The translations under genes were made by a program, and so were the position numbers. From Hyphochytrium catenoides (Eukaryota > Protista > Hyphochytriomycota), in assembly GCA_900088475.1 (NCBI GenBank), contig FLMG01002957.1:1-33000 (forward strand): DNA of 33,000 nucleotides, written 5' to 3'. Positions 1 to 12,518 of the stretch are shown in pieces. The notes under the pieces are model-generated. The model made no database searches. It was not told the origin of the DNA and saw nothing but the letters and a program-made list of their open reading frames with translations. Numbering within the stretch: position 1 is the stretch's first letter; each line of letters opens with the position of its first letter.

Positions 1-98
1 CTCTCTCTCTCTCTCTCTCTCTCTCCTGCCCCCTCACTCGCTCTCGCTGTCTCTTTCTCTTTTTCTCTCTTTTCTGGCTCTGCTTACATGGTGATCAG

Positions 99-178
99 AT
101 TTCCCCTTTCTCGTCTCTCTGTCTCGGCCCATGTATGAGAAGAAGAGGCACAGAGGTGACGGGGAGTTCGCACCATAA
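99..178 (+). CDS. Possible last exon of an upstream gene that begins outside the window (…FPFLVSLSRPMYEKKRHRGDGEFAP*)
   Basis: A CT-rich tract (1-70) is followed by the acceptor gatcag at 93-98, then a short open frame ending in TAA. No homology recognised. Confidence 0.3.
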
Positions 179-350
179 AGGAAGAAGGTCTTCCTGTCCC
201 CAACTAAAAGAAAAAGAAGAGAGGGCGCTGCTCAGCCTCATCAGGCGAGGAAGAGCGAGCCACAGAAAGAGAGACTTTCCGTGAAGGAGCGCGTTCCATT
301 CTCCTTCGTCTGTTGCCTTCCAAAGAGAGTGACGTGAGCTGAAGAGGTCC

Positions 351-628
351 ATGGAAGAGAGAGAAAGAAAAGCTAGAGAAGAACTGAGGAGAGCTGCCGA
401 AGAAAGAAAAAGAGAGAGAGAGAAGGTGCCTCTCTCTCCTTCTCTGGCTCTGGCTCTGGAGGACCCCTTTCTGAAGCAGTTCAAGCGCTACGCTGAGAGG
501 CAAGGGAAGGACGAGGAGCTAGCCATACGCAGTGGAAAGAAATGGTTGGCATTGCAGCTTCTCTTTCTCTCTGCGGCCAATGTCTGTCTGTTATGCGAGG
601 TCTTCCTCCCTCCTGCTCTTTCTGTCTC

Positions 629-662
<34 letters not shown>

Positions 663-2131
663 CTTTTATCTTCTCGATGTCTCCGCTCTTGCCTCTCCTT
701 TACCTTCTCTCCAGTCTAGCTCTTGCAGTCTCTCTCTCTCTCCCACTGTTCCCCTTTCCACCATCGGTGTTCTTTTCTCTCCTTTTCTCTCCGTCTTCCA
801 CTCTCGCTCTCTCTCGCTATCTCTTTCTCTTTTTCTCTCTCTCTGTCCCTCTCTCTCTTTATCTCCTCTCTCTCTTCATTCTTATTCCACTCTTTATTTC
901 TCCCTGTCCGTGGCCTTGTCCCTGTCTTTCTCTCTCTGTTTCTTGTCTCTGTTGTCCCCCTCCCGCTATTCTCAAAGTATATCCGTCCTCTCTCCCTTCT
1001 ATTTTCTCGTTCTCTCTCCCTCTCTCTCCCTCTCTCTCCTCTTCTCTTGATATCTAACGTCGTTCATTGGTAGGGAAGCCTTTGTGGACGATCTAGTGGT
1101 CCGCGGGCTCATCACAGAGGAGGAGCAGCAGGCCCTGGGAGAGCGATGGGTGAGAGACGGAGAGAGACGAAGGGCGAGAAAGAAAAGAAAAAAAAGAGGA
1201 CTGAGGCCAGAGGGAGGGAAAGAAGATACAAAGAGAGGAGAGAAGAGATACACAGCCAGCCAGAGAGAGAGGGGGGGAAGAGAGAGAGAGAGAGAAAGAC
1301 AGATAGAAAGACAGAGAGAGAGAGACAGAGAGACAGAGAGAGAGAGAGAGTGAATCATAATGAGAAGAATGTGTTCGAGGTCTTCCCGCTTCCCATTGGT
1401 CCCCATAGTGTTGCGTTCTTTCCTGTTCGAGGGTCCGCTCCCTCCTTTTTGACTATAACACTCCCTATACTGTTCCCCTTCTCTCTTCTCTTTCTTTCTC
1501 TCTCTCTCTCTCTCCGTCTTCTTTCGGGCCCATTGTCTTAATCTCTCTCTCCTCCGGCTCCCTGCTGGCCGTAGGTTGCTGCTGTTCAGCATAGTAGGGC
1601 CTTTGGGGTCCAACGCTCACCTTTTCTCGTCTGGACCGACGTCAAGGCCGTGCTTGACTTTGAAGAGGAAGAGAGAGGAAGAGCGAGTAGAAAGTTGAAG
1701 AGAGAAGTGCAGAAGCTCTCCTTTGAGGTACTTCTCTTCCCTTGTTTGGTCTCCGCAGGGCAAAGGGCCTAACATCCTCTCTTTCTTCCGTTGGCAACGA
1801 CTCTCTCTCTCTCTTCGTCCCGTTCCCAAGGTGCTGAAAATTGTCTCTCTGTGTGACCCTTTGGTCGAAGAATGGAAGGACAAAGAGAACACGAATGATG
1901 TAGGGCAAACAATTCTGTCTCAACAGTTTCCCAATCTCTTTTGCTCTCTCTCTCTCCAGCACCAGCTCCTCTTTCTGACTGTCACCGTCGCTTCTGTCTC
2001 TGTCTCTTTCTCTGCCCCCTTTATCTGTCTCTTCTCATTCTTATCTCTTTCTGTGCGGTAGCGTGTCTCTCGCTGTAGCTATCCTCTATCTCTCTCCCTC
2101 TCTCTCTCGTCTCTCTCTCTCTCTCTCTCTC

Positions 2132-2172
<41 letters not shown>

Positions 2173-3079
2173 TTCTCCTTTCTCTCGCTTTTGGGCCTCT
2201 CACTTCTTCATACAAAGGTCTTCAGCTTACTCAATGTACCTTTTCATTGACGTCTAACTCGCCTCTTTCAATCTTACTCTCTCTCTCTCTCTCTCTTGAC
2301 ACTATCTTTAGGTGCAGCAGGCGCTTCTCTCTCTAGGAGAGCTCAGCGGGCAGCTTACGGCGCTGACGGAGGAGATAAACGGCCAAGTGACTAAAAAGGT
2401 TACAAAGGTCTTCGGCGACGTTAAGAGAGAAAGTGAAGATCTAACGCTGTCTCTCCCTTCCTTTCCCTCTCTCTCTCTCTTGTCTTTCTTGTCTCTTCTA
2501 CTTCTGTCCTTTGTCTCTCCCTTCTCTTCCGAAAATCCTGTCTCTGTCTGCCTCGCTACGGGCTAGTCCACTGCTTTGAGAGATCAGCTTGCAGCGCGGA
2601 CACTCTGGGAACCTATCAGGCAATTCGCGCTATGCCGACAACAAACCAAGCTGCCTCTCTTCTCTCTTGACTACCTCTTCAATCCTCTTCAGTTCCAGCT
2701 CGACAACCTTGACCTAATAGAGAGAAAGTTAGAGAAGGCTAAGGTAAATCAAACGATGATCTCCGAAACAGGATCTCTGCATAGATTTAGTGTACGGATG
2801 GATCTCTGTCTGTCTCTCTGTCTGCCTGTTGAGGTGCGGAAAATCCGGAGCTCGGGCTATGACAAAGAGTCGAAGACTTCGTTGCAGTCTCGAGCCCTTA
2901 GAGACCACTTTGGTCATCGCTATGTAAGTGCGATGCTGCCAAGAGAGTCACTGTGGCTCCTGTTTCTCTTGCGGCGGTACCTAGTTGTCGGCTAGGTCTT
3001 CTTTCCTTTCTCTCTCTCTCTCTCTTTCTTTCTCTCTCTCTCCCTCTCTCGTTCTCTCTCTCTCTCTCCCTCTCTCTTT

Positions 3080-3125
<46 letters not shown>

Positions 3126-5775
3126 TTTTTCTCCCTCTCTCTCTCTGTGTGCTTTTTCTAATCTCTCTGGCGCCTTTTATTTATCGATTCAACGTCAATG
3201 TCTCTTCTCTTTTATCAGCTTGCTCTAGTGCTGAATCCTCTATTGCTATGCAGGGCTGCAGGCAAGGTATTCGCAACCGTCTTATGTTCTCAGCTAACAG
3301 CAGTAGCCCCATTGAAGCTGTGCAAGTCTTCTCAAGCAAGTATGAACCTCGTTGCGGATCTCTCTCTTTCGCTCTCTGCCTGTCTGTCTCTAGCATCTTC
3401 CGTCTAGTCTCAAAGCCCCGATACTGACGTCTCTCTCTCTCTTGTTCCTCTTGACTTGCCGACACGACCAGAGTACCACTGTCAGTGCTGAGAGACATTG
3501 AATACCGCTACGCAGCTTCCAAACAGGTGACAGATAAGAATGATAGAAGGCGAGAAGGGATGTCGAAGCCAAATGAGAATCCCAGAGAGAGGGAGAGAGG
3601 GAAGCAAAGAGAGTAACAGAGAGTGAAAGAAAGAGGGAGAGAGAAGGGCGGGGAGTCAGGAACAGGAGAGACAGGGAGAGAGAGTGTCTCGTTGAGTCTC
3701 CTTAGCAGGCGGTCGACGCGTCAGCCTCTGGATCCTCGCACGTGTTTACGGCTTCTGCTTTTTCTCTTGCCTCACTGTGACCAAACCTACCTTTCCTTCT
3801 CTTTCTGACCGCGTACCTCCTGTCTTTCGACTCTTGCACACCTTGACAGCTGGCTCTCAGTGAGTTCTTCCAGATGCCTCGAGGCGTGGATATTAGCTCT
3901 TCATCTTCCAGCACTATCTTTCTCTACCAGTACCACGAGGTGACCGTTCCTTGCCAAGGCACATAGCCCATTGTCTCTCCCTCGGCCTGTCGTTCTACGA
4001 TGCTATTCTCTAGTTGAAGGCCGCTATCTTCTTCTCGTCCTCTCCTATTTCCTCCAGCTTCCGTGATAGCTGACGACTTTCGCTCTAATGGTCTCGTCTC
4101 CTGTCCATCGGCCTGTAGGTGACCCCTCTCCCTGGTTTGTTGGAGCTTCACGGCCCATTGAAGGACTCACAGCTGATATTTAAGTGAGACTGCAGCCCTC
4201 CCCATTGTGTCTGAACCAGAAACTCTCTCTTTCTCTCTCTCTCTTCTTCTGAATCGCTCATTTCCTTCTTTTGTCGTGCTGCAGGAGTTGGGCGAGGCAA
4301 CTGCTCTCTGCGTGCGCGGATCTAGTGGAGCAGTGCAACTTCTCTCTCGTCTCTCCTCTCAGTCCTTCGTCGGTCCTTCTCTCCAAGGACGGGCTGAAGC
4401 TCTGGCTGGGCAGCCTCACATTTGGTCCACGCAAATACCTTCAGTCTGCCTCCATGTACGTCCTCTCCTCTCATCTCCACCTGCAGTCTGGCTCTATTAC
4501 CTCCTCCCTTTCTTCCTCTCTCTCTCCTCTCTGTCCAGCTCTTCTCTCTCTCTCTCTCTTGTTCCACTGTTGAGGTATGGCTGCTCAGGTGCTACTTTGG
4601 CCTTAGCTCATGGCGTCCTGACGTCCCTTCCCTTTCTCTTCTCATTTCTTTAGCTCGGAGATACGCTCTGGACAGCTTGAGGCGGAGCGTCAACTGCTTT
4701 TAGGCGCCGTGTCTGTCCTTCGCTATATGCTTGCCCCCTGTACGGCCCCCAGCAGCTCTCCAGTCCCTTACGCCATCCGAGAAGAAGACAGGCTGGGAGC
4801 ACACGTCAAGGGTGCGTAAGGTCTGGGATGTGACGGCATCAGATGCAAGGAGAGACGTTCGCAGAAGTGTAAGGAAAGGGGAAAGAGAGAGATGTGACAG
4901 AAAGGNNNNNNNNNNNNNNNNNNNNNNNNNNNNNNNNNNNNNNNNNNNNNNNNNNNNGTGGCGGGAGAAACGTTTGCTTTCTCGCTCCCTGCAGATGCCG
5001 CGGGCGGGATGACGTGGGAGGAAGAGATAGTCGGTGCTGAGGGCATTCTTGAACGAGTAATCAAGCACCTCCTCTCTGTTGTTGCGCTCTCTCTTCCTTC
5101 ATACTCACTGCCTCAAGCGTTTTAGATATGGTTCAGCGCCGATGCAGCAGCTCTAATGACAGCCCCCGGTTCCCTCTTGCTCAGGTGGCCAGCGTGCGTC
5201 CACTCCTTTCCTGCTACCCTGTCACACAGTCCTTCGTGGTCTATCGCGTGGTTTATAAAGCCCAGGTGCCAGGTAAAGCTCCTGGAGCCGTGGAGCAGCA
5301 GCGCTTAACGCATCTTCTGTTGCCTATCCTATCTTTGGCTTTCTTGTCTCAACTTGACGGACTCTATCACATGCAGTCCTCTTCACTGGAACTTCTGTAC
5401 CTCCTTACCTCTCTCTCCTTCATCCTTCTCTCCCTCTCTCTCACAGGCACCGTGAGGCTGAACCTTTACTACCGGCACCTGTTAGAGCCTCGCCCTCAAA
5501 CTCCTTTGGCAGTCGTGCAGTGCGTTATCTATAAGTACACTGCCGGCCCTACTCTGGACTCTCTCTTTGAATGTATACACGATCTCAGTAACCGGTCATG
5601 CGAGGGAGAAGAGGACAAGCCACTAGAGGAGCAGACACGGCTGCCAACCTTAAGGGAACTATCTTACCATCCCTTCTTCCACGACGAGGAGGCATCGGAA
5701 GAAGAGCTTGTGCAGAGAGACTTCCGCACCTATACAGCCACAGAGGAGGAAGAGGACGCGAGCGGAGAAGACTAA
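351..5775 (+). CDS. Multi-exon protein with a C-terminal degenerate protein-kinase-like (pseudokinase) domain
   Basis: Phase-consistent GT-AG exons, approx. 351-544, 1074-1149, 1575-1727, 1831-1899, 2312-~2418, 2567-2743, 2834-2923, 3219-3266, 3850-3939, 4119-4183, 4285-4455, 4654-4811, 4995-5033, 5126-5272, 5447-5775. The spliced sequence IFLYQYHEVTPLPGLLELHGPLKDSQLIFKSWARQLLSACADLVEQ…LSPSSVLLSKDGLKLWLGSLTFG follows kinase subdomains V-VII, and RLPTLRELSYHPFF matches subdomain XI. A few internal donors are uncertain, and one intron contains an N gap. Confidence 0.7.
4906..4957. other. Assembly gap (N run) inside an intron
   Basis: Run of n characters. Confidence 0.99.
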
Positions 5776-5972
5776 CGACTGCAGAACAGAAGAAGCGGTG
5801 GCCAACCTTGGAGAAGTGATTCAAACTCAGAGGGGGCGATGGAGAGAAGAAAGGATCCTCCTAGAAACATAGCCCCTTTTCTACGGCCTATGGGCAGACC
5901 CTAACCAACAGAGAGCGAGCGCAGGCAAAGCACCTGAAGAGACAGCGCAATAAGGGTTCTTTTCGACCTTCG

Positions 5973-8542
5973 TTAGCCTTCAAACTCTATCTTTAGATGC
6001 AAGGCTAGGTCTCCGACGAAGACAGGGTCTGTCACTGTTACGATCTCCCCGTCCTGCAATAAATCTCGTAAAGGCTTCTCAAGATTAGGAAGAGTCGCCT
6101 CACGCAGTGCCGGAGGACCCTTAACCGTGAAAGCCGAGACAGAGAATGGGGCGTGCGGAAAAGAGAGAGTTTCACAGCAGGAAAGAGAGATCAGCATCAG
6201 ACAGCGGAGGAGAAAGACGTTAGGGTGTCGCTCAAAGGCGTTAGGGTAGCGCTGTGGAGACTCGAAGAGAGTGATTGTAAAAGGCCGAGGCCCAAAGACA
6301 TTATCGAGCCTTCAGCGTTTGCCAAAAAGTTTCTCTCTACCATTCGACACTCAGATTCTTGGTAATTCTTGCCAGTGTCTCTCTTTCCCCTCTCTTCGCT
6401 TCTACGTTTCCCCTCTAGCAGGCTAGTTGCCGGTCCTACCTGCATGAATAAATTAGCGCCCGGCTTGGTTAGCGAAGGCTTTTTCAGTCTGAGGTCGCTG
6501 TCTTCGCTCAACTTCTGCAGCAGATCTTTAAGGAGAGAAGAAGGAGAGAGACGCAGGCTTCTTTCTTGGGACACGCAGACGGTGCACGCCTCTTTTCTGC
6601 CATATACAAATGTATGAGGATAGACTCCGTTGTTCCCCATATACATGTGATAAGTGTTCAGCGTCTGGGAACAGAACGTCAGGGCCTTGAAGACTTCGTT
6701 GACGCAGATGGCGCTGATGAGAGCATTGGTCGAGGCCACGGCCGGGATGATATTCTTGACCACTCCTAAGGTGAGCATGTAGGTCACACCGGGGATGCCA
6801 AATGACTAGGCGACAAACGAGAGACCGAGGAGAAGAGAGGAGAAAAGAAAGGACCGGAGAGAAGCAGCGTCAGTGCTCACACAGTCTATAGACTACCCAG
6901 CTGCGTCTCCTTTGTCCCCTCTTCTTATCCTCTCAGCTCTGAATTGCCCCTGCCCTTGTTCTTACGTAGAGATTGAGGCATTGCCGTCTACGTATGTCTC
7001 TCTCTCTCTCTCCCCTATTTCTCTCTCACGCTTTCTCCCTTTCCCTTCTCTCTCTTACTCTCTCTGTGTCTCTCTTCGTGCACATCTCACCTCAGCTCGC
7101 TCTTTCGCCCTTTCATAGATCCAGTGCATATGCTCCGGACTATCCTTATCTAGCTTTTTGTCTGGGAACTCCTTAGGCCAGAGAATGACATAAACGTATG
7201 CGATGCAGTGTTCCGGCACTCGAGGAGTCTCTGCTATGGTGCACATAGGGAAGGCTTGTTGAGGAGGAAAGGCATCTAAAGAGCACTCAAAGCAGGAGGT
7301 TATCTTGGGAATAATAACACGCGCTTGACCCTTGAACCCCTGTGAAGACGATGAAGGGGAGAGAACCTAGTTATATAGACAGAACTAGGCAGGTACACAG
7401 GGAAGAAGGGACAGAAGAGAACTGCCAGTGGCGAGCTCCAGAACAGAGAGACAGGCAAAGGTTGACCTAGATCGCGAGTAGGAAGAGACATCAGACCACG
7501 GGGATGCAGTCGCAGAGCAGACCTCAGTTCCGCCGTCAATCAAAGGGATGATCGTCTCAGGGAGTGGGTCACCATCCTCGTCAAGCTCCACCAAGGAATG
7601 AACCAGAGAGTTGAGCCAGCGCCGCGCCTCAATGTTATCAAGTCCTAGAAGGTGTAAGCGAGAAGAAAGGGACATAGAGCAGCAAGGGAATGAGAGTAAG
7701 GAGGCATGCGATGCTTTCAAGCGAGAGAAGAGGAGACACAGCTAGAATGTAGCGAAAGGAGAAAGACAAGCAAGAGAGACAGAGAGAAAGAAGAAAGACA
7801 AGCCTCAATAGAAGTTATTAAGGAAGAAAGAAAGATGGAGCGACAGACAGGAGAAGAGCAGTTAACCTCTTACCTGAGATGATCGCATTGAACTGCTGAT
7901 AGAACTCTGTTTCCTGATCCTGAATCTTTCCTACGACCGCCGTCACCTTCACTCCCTCCACGCGTCGCTGGACAAAATCAGCGGCCACCTGAACAGGCAT
8001 CAGGCGCGCCAGAGAAGGTGAGAGATAGAGATAAAAGAGAGGAAGCAGAGCAATCTAGAGAAGAAGAGTGAAAGCAGTTGAGTTAGCAGCGCGGACAGCG
8101 GAGCTCTGTGAGGGAGCTGCTCTAGAGGGACAGTGACTCTGCATAGAGAGAGATCCTCTGCATACCTCGGCTTTTGGCTTTCCTACATCTCTCTGCCTGA
8201 AGAGGAACTGTCTGTTCAGGTTGCTGACATCTATGTTGTCCATGTCAATGACGGTGATGTCTCTAAAGCCTGATAGTGCAAGGTCTTTAAGAATCTCGGA
8301 GCCCAAGCCGCCAGCGCCAACGACCAAGACTTTGGCTTCTTCGCGGAGAAAGTTCTTGGTCTCCTCTCCAGGTTGAAACTCGCCCATAGGGAGCGCTCCT
8401 GGTAGAAAAATTAGTATGGCTTTGGCGGACCTGGACCTTGAACGAGGTACTTGCCTGTCTCTGAGCCGAAAGGCGTCTTGCGCAGCAGCAGATTGTCCAG
8501 ATCTCGCCATAGTCCGTCGCCTTCAATCTCCATAGCTGTCAT
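5973..8542 (-). CDS. UBA3: NEDD8-activating enzyme E1 catalytic subunit
   Basis: Exons 8542-8455, 8398-8166, 7988-7874, 7644-7523, 7339-7091, 6805-6440, 6119-5973. Motifs: [64 protein letters not shown], catalytic [10 protein letters not shown] (Cys codon 7243-7241), [15 protein letters not shown], and a C-terminal E2-binding domain. Confidence 0.96.
8399..8454 (-). other. Non-canonical GC-AG intron (UBA3 intron 1, 56 nt)
   Basis: Donor CAG|GCAAGT, branch-like TACTAAT, acceptor CTACCAG. Removing it joins the conserved N-terminal [15 protein letters not shown] exon in frame to the adenylation domain. Confidence 0.8.
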
Positions 8543-9201
8543 TCTTGATACGACGTATCTTCTCGATGACTGTCGCAGAGACGTCTACTGCGCAACTGCG
8601 CAACTGCCCCTAACCCTTGGAGCGCTCTCGAGCCCCTCCTTGCCTTCCCCTCTATCTTGGCCTGGTGACTAGTGGCAATGGCACTGCTGAGGCCTCTTTA
8701 CCCAGCCGGAAATCTGCATTTGATGGAGATTCTGTTCTTGATGAAGCTGACAACAGTTGGGGATGATTATCTTTTAGACTGATCTCGTTTACTAGATAGT
8801 GCCCTCAACGATAGCACAACGATGGCAAATCATATATTTGATCTCAAGAAATCAGTTACCACAGCAGTTTGATTCTTCCCCAAGCACCGATGAGTAATCT
8901 TCCTCTCTTCAGCCAACAGAATCTTCAGCTTCAGGAAGCTCAATGCAAGCGTTGAAGTGCAGATCTTGAGCAAGGCGGAGAGGCGACGAGGCTCTGGCAC
9001 TGGCTCCGCCATCATCCAACAGTGAATGGTGAGGGCTCCCTGGTAACTCTAACTGCGCACTCAGGATTATGCTAGCGCTATCTGTAGGTCTAGAACGTCT
9101 TCCATCGCACGAGACAGCACCTTGACGAAAGAAGCCCAATCTCTGTGTGACAACCAGACACATGTCGGTCGCGTAAGCGAGCTTATTGGGGCCGTGTGGC
9201 G

Positions 9202-11870
9202 ATGGACAGCAGCGGCAAAAATGCCGCGTCTGAGCAAAAGGATTCCCTAGAGTATTCCTTAAATAACCCAGCATGGAAGACTCGGTTGAGCTATTGTACC
9301 TTCATCTGCCTCGGTGGATCAAACGTTGTGCCATGGATGACATTCCTCACGTGTAGGCTTAGAAAGCACACCGTCTTCTTTCCCTACCTCTTTGTTTCTC
9401 GTTCTCTCTCTCTTCTCTCTCTCTCTGTCTCTCTTCCTCTCTCTTGCGCATTTTTTATACTCTCTCTCCCCTTCTCTAACCTGCACGTTGTCTTACCATG
9501 AGTTTGACTTATTGCCTGCCCTTCCCTGCTTGATGCGCAGCCTTGGATTTCTTTGTGGGTCGGTATCCTGAGAAGCACATCAACTATACCTTCCCCGTGA
9601 TCAACATGTATGGGACGACATCTTTCCTTTCACTGACATCCTTCTAGGTCTAGTTGCTGGGAGAAGTGCGCTTATCTTCTTCTCTGTTCTGCTTCTCTCT
9701 CTCTCTCTTTGACTCCCTCTTCTAGGTTCGCTGTCCTTTCGAGGCCGCCTACCTCCTGTTATTCTTGAGGATGAGAAGCGCGTCCAGCTGTGTCTCTCTG
9801 TCCTCATCTTGAAGTTCCCTCCTCTCCTGTCTGCCTCTCTCTCTGTGTCTCTCCTTTCCTTATGCTCTTCCTAGTTTTCTCTCTCTTTCCTCTCATCTCC
9901 TCTACTAAGCTTATCTCTGTCGCCTCTGTGACCGCAGGGCAATCATCATTCTGAGCACTCTCTGGCTTGTCTTCTATGGGCATTACCTATCACTAAACCT
10001 CAGGACCAAGCTAGGGCTATATCTTGAAGGTCTAGCAACCCTCGCCGTCCCTCTTGTCCAGTACTTGGCCTTCAAGGGCTGGATAACGGAAGAGCCTTCC
10101 TATCAATTGACTGTCATGGCCCTAGCGGTCAGTGTCCTGGGCAGTGCGCTGGCCCAGTCCGCCTGCTATGGAATGGGCGCCATCCTAGGAGGGAACTTCA
10201 CCCAGGCATTAGAGGCGGGAAAGGGTGAGCTTCCTTCCTTTCCTTACCTTGCTATTTCCCTGTCTCCCTCTTCTGAGGCTCTTCCGAACCGCTAAAGGTT
10301 GTCTACCCTACTGTTCCATCTCTTTTTTGCCTTATCCTTCTCTATAGGATTGGTCAGCTTCGGGTTGGCTCTTGGCTCAACCTCACACTAGAAGATGCTT
10401 ATGAATAGTGCCTGCTTGTCTTACACTTGCGCTTGCTCTTTTTAGCTGAGTGACCTCTTAGCATGTCGGTGCCGGCGTGTCTCTTAACCTCTGATATCTC
10501 TCTCTATTTCCTTCGTTATCAGGCTGGCTCGGCCTCCTTCTTATCCTTCTTCGTATCCCGACGAAGGCTTTTCTTGGCCATTCCCGACAGGATCAGCTGT
10601 ACGGACTCTATCTGTTCTTTGCCTCTGCAGTTCTCTACCTCGTCATTACTCTCGGGTTATATCTGATGCTGATGACGGCAGTAAGGGGGGCATCCTCCGT
10701 GGAGCTTGAAAGCGACGAGGAAAGAGAGGTCGCGGAGCCGCGGGAGAGAGAGGAAGACATCATATTAGCTGCTGCTGCTGCCGCCCCACTCTCTCCGCGA
10801 CTTGGGGTCTACAGCCGCGGCTATTCTCTCAGCGCCAGTGAGACATTGCCTCTTCTCACAGCGAGAGACGGAGAAGAGGGACCTCAAAGTCTGAGGGCCG
10901 AAAACAGTGCAGGAGAGGATGGAGAGAGACCACGAGTGTGGAGGATAGTAAGGAAGATCCGAAAGCCAGCATGCAGCGTTTTTCTTGTCTTTGTTATCTG
11001 TCTCTCGTGCTTTCCGGGCCTCACGACGGACTTGAAGTCCACGAATTGGCACTTAGGTGAGGATCTAAAAACCTCTCCTGTCCTGTCTTTCTATCTCTCT
11101 TCTTTCTCAATTGCTCTGCTTCTACCTAGCTCGTACAGGGCTTGCAATGACAGCGCCATCCTTTTCTGGTTGGAGTCTCCCACTTCATCTGTCTCTCGTT
11201 CTCCTCTCCCATCAATTCAGCACACAGTTTCTCTCTCTCTCTCTCCCTCTATGTCTCTCTCCCTCTCTGTCAATGACCCCCTGTCACTCATATTTCTTCT
11301 CTTAGGTGACTGGTTTCCCGTGGTCATCGTGGCTGCCTATAATGTGGGAGACCTAGTGGGGAAGACTTCTCCAGCCTATGTCAACCTTCTGACCGCACAG
11401 ACAGTGCATTATCCCCTCTTCCTCGATCTCTTCTTCGTCCCGATTTTCCTCTTCCTTGCGTCTCGCCCAATGGGCGACCTGATGCCTGTTCTACTGGTTC
11501 TACTTCTAGGCCTTGTCACGGGTTATGTCGGGACTTCCTGCATGATGATCGGTAGGGAGAATAGAGACAGAGCTTTTTTTGGGCCCTCCATATTATCTAC
11601 TTGGAGTTTCAAGTTTCCCTTGCCCATAGCACTCTCGTAGTTCATGAGCCTAGTTGTTGTGTTCTGCTCCTGCTCTGTGGCCTCGTCGCCTATTTTGCCC
11701 TAAAGCTCAGGCCTTGCACGCGCTCTCGTTTGTTAGGGCCAACGCTATGTTCAGAGAAGGAGCGCGAGGTGGCGGGTGTTATCATGTCCTTGTGCCTGTT
11801 ACTCGGTCTGCTCGTGGGCTCCCTACTAGGGATGGAAATGGGCAATACGGTCAGATCGTTCGCATCGTAA
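9202..11870 (+). CDS. Equilibrative nucleoside transporter (ENT/SLC29 family)
   Basis: Exons 9202-9352, 9541-9607, 9938-10224, 10523-11056, 11306-11551, 11737-11870. ENT motifs: LGGSNVVPWMTFLTSLDFF, FTQALEAGKG…LLRIPTK, VFVICLSCFPG, YNVGDLVGK, LGLVTGYVGT, EREVAGVIMSLCLLLGLLVGS. About 11 hydrophobic segments with an acidic central loop. Confidence 0.92.
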
Positions 11871-12195
11871 TAAAAGCGAGCAACCCAAGCCAGAACCCCT
11901 GCTTAGGACATCCCAGAGCGATTCAAGAGCCACTGGTTATTCCACTAAAATAGGGCTCCAAGAAGCAAAAACAGCTCGCCATCCTGGAAGTCTTGGCATC
12001 TTGGTGGTCACATTTGCTTGATAGCCCACCGCCAGTCCCCAGCATCCATAGAGGCTCTGAGCAGCGGCCCTACTTACTAGGTAGAGAGCGCAGCGCACGG
12101 TAGATGCTGCTCCACTGTGCCTCCACTCTGTTGCTGTGCAGATTAACTAATGGCAAATGCCAGGTCTCAATCGTCTCAAAATCTCCTTCCGGAGC

Positions 12196-12225
12196 AGGCT
12201 CTGCTGAGGCTCTGCTGAGGCTCTG
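12196..12225 (+). repeat. 11-nt tandem repeat (aggctctgctg x2.7) upstream of RED
   Basis: Directly visible. Confidence 0.85.
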
Positions 12226-12518
12226 AAAGCTGCAAATTCCATCTTGGTCGCACCAACGTGAGCCTATTCAAGAATAATGAACAATATATTGACAATATTT
12301 GAGATTTATCATCTTATTATGCTGCATCTGTAGCTTCAGGAGGAGCTCTGGAAGGAGAATATGGAGCTTATTGGATTTTTATAAAGCGTCAGAAGCTGAG
12401 GAATGCAATGCTTCCTCTTCAGCGCTGCTTCACATTGGCAGGTATTTTGCGACGGGACCTCGGGGCAATGTCCAAGTGAAGCCTTAGTACATACTCAGTC
12501 TCTCCCCTTGCAGTGAAG

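Noticed and set aside
241-350. In-frame TGA/TAA upstream of ATG 351, suggesting stop-codon reassignment
   Set aside because: All conserved genes here translate cleanly with the standard code and end in TAA, TAG or TGA. This stretch is simply intergenic or UTR.
6218-6247. Two TTAGGG telomere-like hexamers
   Set aside because: Only two separated copies, inside the last UBA3 intron. On the sense strand they read CCCTAAC, which is better explained as branch-point-like motifs or a short duplication.
8830-9274. Short minus-strand ORFs between UBA3 and ENT
   Set aside because: No recognisable motifs, and they lie in or overlap the divergent promoter/5' region.
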